In this document: positions 45,601 through 53,005 of the stretch, in pieces | Position numbering within the stretch: position 1 is the stretch's first letter | Layout: the number at the start of each line of letters is the position of its first letter | Origin: an uncultured Gemmatimonadales bacterium | Lineage (GTDB): Bacteria > Gemmatimonadota > Gemmatimonadetes > Longimicrobiales > RSA9 | Reading direction: 5' to 3' | DNA: 64,000 nucleotides | Assembly: GCA_963708135.1 (NCBI GenBank) | Contig: OY970192.1 | Span: 512,001-576,000, forward strand | The notes under the pieces: model-generated | Databases searched by the model: none | What the model saw: the letters and a program-made list of their open reading frames with translations, nothing else | What the model was told of the DNA's origin: nothing | Program-made: the position numbers and the translations under genes

Positions 45601-47124
45601 GCCCCGGACGTGACGCGGCGGCCGCGCGAGCCGCTCGCCTTCACGCTCGAGACGGATACCATGCCGGCGGGGCTCCTCACGAGCTTCGTGGAGGGGATCG
45701 AGGACACGCAGGGCAGCGTCACCGGCACGCTGCGCGTGGGCGGCACGACCGCGGATCCGAGCGTGACGGGCGAGCTGGCCCTCCGGGACGGCGGGATGGT
45801 GTGGACGCCGGCGGGCGTGCGCTACCGGGACCTGGAGGGGACGGCGCGGATGCAGGGTGATCGGACGGTGCGCGTCGCGCTGGCGGGCCGGTCCGGCGGC
45901 GGCACGGCGCGCATCGAGGGCACCGTCGCCTTCAACACGCTGGACGATCCGCGCCTCGCCCTGACGATCGAGCCCGCCGCGTTCCTGGCGGCGAGGCGCC
46001 GCGACGTGGACCTGACGGCGTCGGGGCGGCTCCAGCTCGGGGGCAGCTACCGTTCGCCGCGGATCTCCGGCCGGCTCACGGTGGAGAGGGGCACGCTCTA
46101 CCTCGACCAGGTCTGGCGGCAGTACAACATCGTGGAGCTCGACGATCCGCTCCTCTTCGACGTGGTGGACACCTCCGTGGTGGCCATGCGCGCCATCCTG
46201 CCGGATGTCGAGTCGAGCCCGTTCCTGAAGAATCTCGTCGTGTCCGGCTTCACCATGGACGTGGGGCGGGACGCCTGGCTGCGCGGCAAGGACATGAACG
46301 TCGAGGTGACCGGCGCGCTCTCGGTGGAGTACGGCCGGCAGGCGGACAGCCTCCGTATTGCCGGCTCGCTCACCGCCGTGCGCGGCACCTACCAGCTCTA
46401 CGGCCGGCGCTTCGAGATCCAGAGCGGGACGGTCGAGTTCTTCGGCACCCCCGACTTCGACCCCGGCCTCGACTTCACGGCCGTATACCACGGCGCCCGC
46501 AGCGCGCAGGGCGACCCGCTGAACATCCAGGCGAACGTGACCGGGACGCTGCAGAACCCGCGCGTCACGCTGACCAGCGACGCCACGCCCGCCATCAACG
46601 AATCGGACCTGGCCAGCTATCTGCTCTTCGGCCGCCCCACCTACGCGCTCGCCCCGAGCGAGCAGCGCGCGCTCGGCACGGCCGCCTCGCGGCTGGGCGC
46701 GCTCTCCGCGCCCGCCGGGCTGCTGCTCGATGCCATCGGCCCGAGCTTCCTCGGCTACGCGGCCAGTGGCCTCGAGGCCTTCGCGCAGAACCTCGGCCTC
46801 GACTACGTCTCGCTCAGCTCGGCCGAGGTCGCGCAGACCGACCCCGGCACCCCGCTCGGCCTGCTCTCGCGCACCCAGCTCGAGGTCGGCCGCTACGTCG
46901 GCGACGACCTCTTCGTCGCCTTCACCCAGAGCCTGTCCGGAATGGGCGGCGCCACCGAGTACCGCAAGCCCGGCGTCAAGGTGGAATGGCGCCTGCTGCC
47001 GAGCTGGACCGCGGAGTTCTTCGCGGACGACCGGTGGGCCCGCATGCCGTCGTACGGGCTCGAGCAGACCGCGCAGGCCAAGAAGGTCTTCGGCATGTTC
47101 CTCTTCCGCGAATGGGGGTACTGA
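42661..47124 (+). CDS. Translocation/assembly module TamB-like protein
   Basis: 1487 aa; N-terminal TM, long beta-rich body, C-terminal GTLQNPRVTLTSD..LASYLLFG; follows tamA-like gene. Confidence 0.88.
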   Translation: MTHALRVLKTALILALALVALALAALLLLTRTPLGVTRAGEYVLGSFRRQIHGSLRVGSVRSRSLLGGVTLHDVAIDGPTGAPFLRVDSVSVGYDWRSLVRGRIVLHDVTLYHPVLELEQVPGDTLWNFEHIFLDTTAGPSANRLILLRAVHLVNGFATVAYPLSVKGRLQPSDTARLLVRHVPTGWQRVMRFEGVNGRLPRVLWSSPDEPGRLFNVDSIAGLAYVWQEPVPIRQGAGTLASRDSIVSFDFPTVRLPVTRGSILGRVIVRHEQNDYDVRVRTDTFSFSDLGWVYPRFPAHGGGSGELRILTVPRGTLWLMQDARIQAPGTRVAGSFGIVTGDTLYFTKVSLRASPFDLELVESMLPGGLPVKGLLVGTVVVDGPLSALDTHGDLHLAGRGGGENRVDWRGTLDLRAPYAARAFTADLHGLDLALLSVMVRDLPLTGSVSGRIQATGRLDRSLRLVASLDHERAGAPPSHIDGSGSLAMREGSPDVDLQLRATPFELGALTSAFPFLTRLEGQASGPVTVRGTPADLGVHADLETPAGPVTMDGRFDLTGARPIYHATGTVTGFRLGRALTALPAASTLTARFRVDGSGADLASAAATAVVHVDTAHVGALAVHDGLLRLDVRDGVARVDTLTLPTNAGRITGDGSLGLAPGRSGTVRLAVRADSLAALRPFFFPDTLLLAGAGAQPPSAPYFDGDLRASAKLVGSISDFDVSGDAALDRLVFGELRARRATLRFTGSGVGGPRFGLHVEARADSVRLGARQVDTAAFALDYAGPEGVLRFDAAAPGRGAYRLSSRFRRAGDGLLFDIGELRFGGDEGLWRLAAPARLRVAADAVDLDSLSLVGAGGGSITAHGALGWSARDAAGRPTDPPLSFALDVERASIPDFLRLAQTDPRAGGVVSGRLSLGGSALAPVIGGTVTVDSLRYGDRALQRLQATMAYADHRLDLRLEGREGGRRILAGNGRIPLDLALAPDVTRRPREPLAFTLETDTMPAGLLTSFVEGIEDTQGSVTGTLRVGGTTADPSVTGELALRDGGMVWTPAGVRYRDLEGTARMQGDRTVRVALAGRSGGGTARIEGTVAFNTLDDPRLALTIEPAAFLAARRRDVDLTASGRLQLGGSYRSPRISGRLTVERGTLYLDQVWRQYNIVELDDPLLFDVVDTSVVAMRAILPDVESSPFLKNLVVSGFTMDVGRDAWLRGKDMNVEVTGALSVEYGRQADSLRIAGSLTAVRGTYQLYGRRFEIQSGTVEFFGTPDFDPGLDFTAVYHGARSAQGDPLNIQANVTGTLQNPRVTLTSDATPAINESDLASYLLFGRPTYALAPSEQRALGTAASRLGALSAPAGLLLDAIGPSFLGYAASGLEAFAQNLGLDYVSLSSAEVAQTDPGTPLGLLSRTQLEVGRYVGDDLFVAFTQSLSGMGGATEYRKPGVKVEWRLLPSWTAEFFADDRWARMPSYGLEQTAQAKKVFGMFLFREWGY

Positions 47125-49019
47125 TTCCCGACCCAGGCCGTCCGGACCCCTCTCGCAGGCAGCGCCGCGCCCGCGCCCGGAACCGCCGTCTCGGCAGCTA
47201 CGTCCGGCACCCGACCAAGGCCCCGCCGATCGGCGCCGCCCGCCACGGCTGGCAGGTCTTCGTGGACTGGTTCAACGGGCTCGAGCTCGACGAGAGCACG
47301 ATCCTCCTCGCCTTCGCCCTCGCCGTCGGCGCCGCCGCCGCCCTCGGGGTCGTCGCCTTCTTCAAGCTCATCGACTGGGCTTACTTCGCCCTCTTCCGCT
47401 GGCCCGTCGAGCTCTACCCCGCGCTCAGGTACCCGATCTACCGGCCGCTGCTCACCGCCGCCGGCTTCGCGGGCGCCTACTGGCTCGCCCGCCGCCTGGC
47501 CGGGGGCGAGGACGGCCCGAACATCCCCTACGTCCAGCTCTCCGTGGCCCGCCGCGGCGGCGACGTGCCTACCCGCGAGGGCATCGTGCACGCCGCCGCC
47601 AGCGCCGTCACCCTCGGCTCCGGCGGCTCCGCGGGCAGCGAGGGCCCGGTCGCCGTGTTGGGCGCCACCGTCGGCTCCTGGCTCGGACGGGTGTTCCACT
47701 TCGACTCCTCGCGCGTGAAGATCCTCGTCGGCGCGGGCGCCGCCGCCGGCATCGCCGCCTCGTTCAACGCGCCGCTCGCGGGCGCGTTCTTCGGACTCGA
47801 GGAGATCATGGGCGACTTCACGGCCGGCAGCTTTCCGCCGATCGTCGTCGCCAGCGTCATCTCGGCGGTCATCTCGCGCGCCTTCTTCGGCAACCATCCC
47901 GCCTTCCCGGTGCCGCAGCAGTACGGCTTCGCGCTCTGGCGCGAGGTGGTGCTCTTCTATCCCCTGCTGGGCGTCGCGGCCGGGTTCGTGGGCGTCTTCT
48001 TCGTGCGCACCTACTTCGGCCTCGGCGAGCTCGTGCGTCGCTCGCAGCTCTCGCCCACGCTGCTGCCCTGGATCGGCGGCGCCATCGTCGGCCTCATCGT
48101 GCTCGTCTCCGGCGGCGTCCTCGTCGGCTACGGCCACCTGGCCGTCCGCATCGAGGTGTTCGGCGGCATGGCCTTCGGCACCCTCGCCCTGCTCACGCTC
48201 GGGAAGATCGTCGCCACCTCGATCACGCTGAACGCCGGCGGCTCCGGCGGCGTCTTCACGCCCTCGCTCTACATCGGCGCCGCCTTCGGCGGCTGCTTCG
48301 GCGTGGGCCTCGCCGACCTCTTCCCCAGGCTCGGCCTGCACCCCGAGGCGTACGCGCTCGTCGGCATGGGCACCATGGTCGCCGCCGCCACGCGCGCGCC
48401 GATCACCGCCATCCTCATCGTGTTCGAGATGACCAACGACTACGCGATCATGCCGCCGCTCATGCTGGCCACGGTGATCGCGTACCTGGTCTCGCGCACC
48501 TTCGAGCGCGACTCCCTCTACAGCGGCTGGCTCGCGCGCCGCGGCGAGAGGATCGAGCACGGCACGGACCGCGACATGCTCGCCCGCCTGTCCGTGCGCG
48601 ACGCCTACGACCCGAACCCGCAGGTCATCGGCGAGGCCGCGCCGCTGCCGCAGCTGCTCGAGCACCTCGGGCAGGGCGAGCAGATCGAGTTCCCCGTCGT
48701 CGACGAGGACATCCGCGTGCTGGGCGTCATCACCATCGCCGACCTCGGCCGGGCCGCGCTCGACTACCGCGACCTCTCCTCGCTCCTCGTCGCCGCCGAC
48801 GTGGCCACCCCGACCGAGACCGCCACCCTCGAGAACTCGCTCCTCGAGGCCATGCGCCGCATGGGCGTCCGCGGCACCGGCTCGCTGCCCGTCGTGGACG
48901 CGCACGGCAAGCTCGTCGGCCTCATCAGCCGCGGGCACATCCTGGCCGTCTACGAGCGCGCCATCGCCGGCGAGAACGTCAGCGCCGGCACGGGACCGCC
49001 CCGCCCGGCGGAGGGGTAG
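47112..49019 (+). CDS. ClC chloride channel protein with CBS domains
   Basis: GSAGSEGP, FNAPLAG, GGVFTPSL, C-terminal CBS pair; start uncertain. Confidence 0.92.
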   Translation: MGVLIPDPGRPDPSRRQRRARARNRRLGSYVRHPTKAPPIGAARHGWQVFVDWFNGLELDESTILLAFALAVGAAAALGVVAFFKLIDWAYFALFRWPVELYPALRYPIYRPLLTAAGFAGAYWLARRLAGGEDGPNIPYVQLSVARRGGDVPTREGIVHAAASAVTLGSGGSAGSEGPVAVLGATVGSWLGRVFHFDSSRVKILVGAGAAAGIAASFNAPLAGAFFGLEEIMGDFTAGSFPPIVVASVISAVISRAFFGNHPAFPVPQQYGFALWREVVLFYPLLGVAAGFVGVFFVRTYFGLGELVRRSQLSPTLLPWIGGAIVGLIVLVSGGVLVGYGHLAVRIEVFGGMAFGTLALLTLGKIVATSITLNAGGSGGVFTPSLYIGAAFGGCFGVGLADLFPRLGLHPEAYALVGMGTMVAAATRAPITAILIVFEMTNDYAIMPPLMLATVIAYLVSRTFERDSLYSGWLARRGERIEHGTDRDMLARLSVRDAYDPNPQVIGEAAPLPQLLEHLGQGEQIEFPVVDEDIRVLGVITIADLGRAALDYRDLSSLLVAADVATPTETATLENSLLEAMRRMGVRGTGSLPVVDAHGKLVGLISRGHILAVYERAIAGENVSAGTGPPRPAEG

Positions 49020-49076
49020 TAGCGAGCACCACCGAAATGAACCGAGTCCGCTAATCCGTCTTCGGGTGAGGTCGAA

Positions 49077-49952
49077 ATGGCCAGAACGAAGGTCTTCATG
49101 ATGATGGCGGGGCTCACGGCCCTGCTGGTCGTGCTCGGCGGCGCCGTGGGCGGGCGCGCCGGCATGATACTCTTCTTCGCGTTCGCCGCCGTCATGAACT
49201 TCGGCATGTACTGGTTCAGCGACCGCATGGTGCTGCGCTCCTACGGCGCGCGGGTCATCGCGCGCGCGGACGCGCCCGAGCTCTACGACCTGGTGGACCG
49301 CCTGCGGCAGCGGGCGGGGCTGCCGATGCCGGTGGTGGCGATCGCGCCATCCCAGCAGCCGAACGCGTTCGCCACGGGGCGGAGCCCCGAGCACGCCGTG
49401 GTGTGCTGCACGGCGGGCATCCTGCAGCTGGTGGGCAAGGATGAGTTGGAGGGGGTGCTGGGCCACGAGCTGGCGCACGTCAAGCTGCACCACATGCTCG
49501 TCGGTACCATCGCCGCCACCATGGCGGGCGCGATCTCCATGATCGGCAGCGTGGTGCGCTGGGGCGCGATCTTCGGCGGCTTCGGCGGCCGCGACCGCGA
49601 CAGCGGCGGGCTGGAGCTGCTGGTGATGGCGATCGTCGCGCCGATCGCGGCCATGATCATCCAGTTCGCCATCAGCCGACAGAACGAGTTCCAGGCGGAC
49701 GCGCTGGGCTCCGAGATCAGCGGCAAGCCGCTCTCGCTGGCGCACGCGCTCGAGCACCTGGAGAGCTATGCGCAGCGGATCCCGATGCGGGTGAATCCAG
49801 CCGCGGCCCAGCTGGCCATCGTGAACCCGCTCGCGGGCGTGAAGGGCGCCGGCTTCATGCGCCTCTTCAGCACCCATCCCAGCACCGAGGAGCGCGTGGC
49901 GCGGCTGCAGGAGCTGGCGCAGAGCCCGGAATTCCACGCGCTCGGGGCCTGA
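49077..49952 (+). CDS. htpX: Zinc metalloprotease (M48)
   Basis: PNAFATGR, HELAH, SRQNEFQAD, FSTHP. Confidence 0.94.
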   Translation: MARTKVFMMMAGLTALLVVLGGAVGGRAGMILFFAFAAVMNFGMYWFSDRMVLRSYGARVIARADAPELYDLVDRLRQRAGLPMPVVAIAPSQQPNAFATGRSPEHAVVCCTAGILQLVGKDELEGVLGHELAHVKLHHMLVGTIAATMAGAISMIGSVVRWGAIFGGFGGRDRDSGGLELLVMAIVAPIAAMIIQFAISRQNEFQADALGSEISGKPLSLAHALEHLESYAQRIPMRVNPAAAQLAIVNPLAGVKGAGFMRLFSTHPSTEERVARLQELAQSPEFHALGA

Positions 49953-49968
49953 GGTTTCGCCTCCTCCG

Positions 49969-50916
49969 GTGCCCGGTCAGGCGACGTCACGCCCCGCCGG
50001 CCCCTACGCCGGCCGCACCTTCATCATTCTGAATCCCGCCGCGGGCTCCGAGGACGCGGCCCGGCTGCGGCGTCTCGTCGGCGGCGCCTTCGCCGCCCGT
50101 GGGGCGCCGTTCGACCTGGCCGCCACGGAGCACCCCGGGCACGCCACGGAGCTCGCGCGCGAGGCCGTCGCCCTCGGCTACCGCGCCGTCTGCGTGGTGG
50201 GCGGCGACGGCACCCTCGCCGAGGCGGCCACGGCCGTCGGCGGCAGCGACGTCCCGCTCGCCATCATCCCGCGCGGCACCGCCAACCAGCTCGCCGCCAA
50301 CCTGGGCCTGCCCGTCGAGATGGAGGCTGCCGTGGACGTGGCCGTGGCCGGCACGCCCGTCCCCTTCGACCTCGGCCAGGTCAACGGCCGCGCCTTCGCG
50401 CTCGTGACCGGCGCCGGCTACGATGCCGCCGTCATGTCCGCCGCCACCCGGCCGCTCAAGGAGCGCTGGGGCTTTGCCGCCTACCTCTATGCCGCCGCCA
50501 AGGAGGCGCTCTCCGCCGCGCCGGTCCCGTTCCGCATCACCCGCGACGGCGAGACCATCGAGGTGCGCGCGATCACCGTGATGATCGCCAACGTGGGGGC
50601 CCTCTTCGCCAGCTTCCTGCCCTTCGGCTTCTCCCTCGCCCCCGAGCCCGACCTGTCGTGGCGCGATGGGCTCCTCGACGTGCTCGTGCTCGCGCCCCGC
50701 AGCGCGCCCGAGTTCGCGGGCGTGCTCTGGAGCGCCGCCCGGCGGCGCTTCGAGGGAGGTGGCCGGATGCTCCACTTCCAGGCGCGCGAGATCACCGTCG
50801 AGGCCGATCCCCCCGTCCCGATGCAGGTGGACGGCGACCCCGCCGGCACGACCCCCCTCGCGGCCAGCGTCGTGCCCGGCGGGCTGCGCATCCTCGTGCC
50901 GCCCCGGCTCGTGTGA
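49969..50916 (+). CDS. Diacylglycerol/lipid kinase family (YegS-like)
   Basis: ILNPAAG, GGDGT, PRGTAN, QVDGD. Confidence 0.92.
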   Translation: MPGQATSRPAGPYAGRTFIILNPAAGSEDAARLRRLVGGAFAARGAPFDLAATEHPGHATELAREAVALGYRAVCVVGGDGTLAEAATAVGGSDVPLAIIPRGTANQLAANLGLPVEMEAAVDVAVAGTPVPFDLGQVNGRAFALVTGAGYDAAVMSAATRPLKERWGFAAYLYAAAKEALSAAPVPFRITRDGETIEVRAITVMIANVGALFASFLPFGFSLAPEPDLSWRDGLLDVLVLAPRSAPEFAGVLWSAARRRFEGGGRMLHFQAREITVEADPPVPMQVDGDPAGTTPLAASVVPGGLRILVPPRLV

Positions 50917-51782
50917 GCGACGGCGCGGGCGAGGCGCGTGTCGCCGAGATCGCCACGGGCGACGGTGTCCGCCTCGCCCTGCACCGCCTCGGCCGCCCCG
51001 GCGCGCCGCCCGCCCTCCTCGTCCCGGGCACCTTCTCCAACCACACCTTCTGGACCGGCACCCGCGGCACCGGTTTCGCCCGTACGCTCGCCGCCGCCGG
51101 CTTCGAGGCCTGGTGCCTCGACCCGCGCGGCCACGGCCGCAGCCAACGCCCGGCGCCCGGCGACCGCTGGAACTTCGAGGACTGGGCCCGGGAGGACCTG
51201 CCCGCCGCGCTGCGCGCCGCCGCCGCACACGGGCCCGTCCTCCTCATCGGCCATTCCGCCGGCGGCGCCGCGGCCCTCGCCTGCCTCGGCGCGGAGCCCG
51301 CGCTGCGCCGCGCCGTCCGCGCGGCCGTCGTCGCCGCCACGCCGCTCCCCTGGCTGCAGGCGTTCCGCCTCGGGATCAGCCGCTTCGCCCGCGCCACCTC
51401 CCGCCTGCTCGGCCGCTTTCCGGCGCGGGCCTTCCGCCTCGGCCCCGAGGATGAGCTCGCCGGCGTCATGACGCAGTGGATGACCTGGAACATCGAGGGC
51501 CACTGGACGGGCGAGGACGGCACCGACTACGCCGCTTGCCTGGCCGAGCTCGAGCTGCCGATGCTGTTTCTGGCCGGCACCGGCGACCGCATCGAGGCTC
51601 CGCCCATCGCCTGCCACGCCCTCTTCAAGGCCGTCGGCTCCGCCGACAAGACCTTCCTCCTGTGCGGCCGCGACACCGGCTTCTCCGAGGACTTCGACCA
51701 CGCCGGGCTGCTCGTCAGCCGCGCCGCGAGGGAGGAGGTCTGGCCGAAGATCATCGCCTGGATCGAGGCGACCGTCGGTTGA
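50913..51782 (+). CDS. Alpha/beta hydrolase
   Basis: RGHGRS, GHSAGG nucleophile elbow, GTGD, FDH. Confidence 0.88.
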   Translation: MSDGAGEARVAEIATGDGVRLALHRLGRPGAPPALLVPGTFSNHTFWTGTRGTGFARTLAAAGFEAWCLDPRGHGRSQRPAPGDRWNFEDWAREDLPAALRAAAAHGPVLLIGHSAGGAAALACLGAEPALRRAVRAAVVAATPLPWLQAFRLGISRFARATSRLLGRFPARAFRLGPEDELAGVMTQWMTWNIEGHWTGEDGTDYAACLAELELPMLFLAGTGDRIEAPPIACHALFKAVGSADKTFLLCGRDTGFSEDFDHAGLLVSRAAREEVWPKIIAWIEATVG

Positions 51783-51838
51783 CATTGGCGTGCCCGGCCG
51801 GAGGCATCGGGGCGGGCGGCGTCCTCGGGCCGCGGATA

Positions 51839-52183
51839 GGAGAGTGGGAGACCGAGGACGGGTCCGGGTGCGCGGAAGCATCGCGGCCAGTCGGTGCGGT
51901 CCTGCCCCGGATGAAGGAGGGGGGGACCCCGGGTGAGCGGCGTGGGGTGCGCCGAGCGCCGGGCCTCGCGAGCTCTTCGGCGCGCCGCAGCCGCGAGGTG
52001 CCCGGCGGCGGAAGCGCGCCCGGTGTGGCGCCGCGCGCGCGCGCGGGGATGGTCGCCGCGCCCGGCGGCGGAAGCGCGCCCGGTGTAGCGCCGTGCGCGC
52101 GCGCCGGGATCCTCGCCGCGCCCGGTTACAGCTCGGCGCGACGAACGCGGCCGCATCCCCCACTCTCCCACTCCCCCACTCTC
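51839..52183. repeat. Intergenic diverged homologue of the queA repeat element, with an internal 60-bp duplication
   Basis: gggggaccccggg-N10-ggggtgcg-N6-gccgggcctcgcga has the same spacing as in the queA unit; ends in cccactctcccactcccccactc; 52001-52060 is repeated at 52061-52120. Confidence 0.8.
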
Positions 52184-52288
52184 GCGCTCCTCGGCCGCCC
52201 GGCCCCGTCGGCCCTTGCAGTCGCCCTGGAGGCCGGCGAAATTGAGCGGCTGTCGTTTCATGATTACGCTGACTGGAGGAGACGGCGT

Positions 52289-52852
52289 ATGCCGATGCCC
52301 GCCACGCAGATCCGCCGCGGCACCGTGATCGTCTTCAACGGCGATCCCTGCCGCGTCGTCGAGTTCCACCATCATACGCCGGGCAATCTGCGCGCGTTCG
52401 TGCAGGCCAAGATGCGCAACCTGCGCACCGGCTCCGCCTTCGAGCACCGCTTCCGCGCCGCGGACACGGTGGAGAAGGCGGAGATGGCCACGCACGAGCT
52501 GCAGTTCCTCTACAGCGACAGCCACCACTACCACTTCATGAACAACGAGACCTTCGAGATGCTCGAGCTGGATGACGAGACGCTCGGCGAGGCCGCGCAG
52601 TGGCTGACGCCGAACATGGTCATCATGGCCGAGTTCTACGAGGGCCATCCGATCGGCATCGAGCTGCCCTCCTCTCTGGAGCTCAAGGTGGTCGAGACGG
52701 AGCCGGTCATGAAGACCGCCACGCAGACCGCCTCCCCCAAGCCCGCGAAGCTGGAGAACGGCGTGACCGTCCAGGTCCCCGCCTTCATCAGCGAGGGCGA
52801 TGTGCTGCGGGTCGACCCGAGGGAAGGGAAGTACCTCGAGCGCGCCAAGTGA
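52289..52852 (+). CDS. efp: Elongation factor P
   Basis: HHTPGNLRAFVQAK, QFLY, KPAKLENG, VPAFI..GD..RVD; GGAGG RBS. Confidence 0.93.
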   Translation: MPMPATQIRRGTVIVFNGDPCRVVEFHHHTPGNLRAFVQAKMRNLRTGSAFEHRFRAADTVEKAEMATHELQFLYSDSHHYHFMNNETFEMLELDDETLGEAAQWLTPNMVIMAEFYEGHPIGIELPSSLELKVVETEPVMKTATQTASPKPAKLENGVTVQVPAFISEGDVLRVDPREGKYLERAK

Positions 52853-53005
52853 ACGGCGCCGCCCCGCGCGCCAGCGCGGGGCGGCGCCCGCCTGGCATCC
52901 CGAGCCCCGAGCATCCTGTTGCTCCGGCCGCCGGTCGAACCCTATCTTGCCAACGCACCCCCGCGGACTCACCACTCCGTTCACCTCCTGACCGGATTGC
53001 CGCAC

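Noticed and set aside
40627..46491. 1954-aa minus-strand ORF and similar giant ORFs (51527-56347, 56756-60391, 34762-37929)
   Set aside because: Shadow ORFs opposite well-supported genes, as expected at very high GC.
51476..52288. Long N-terminal extension of EF-P through the repeat element
   Set aside because: A good GGAGG RBS precedes ATG 52289; the upstream open frame is low-complexity repeat sequence.
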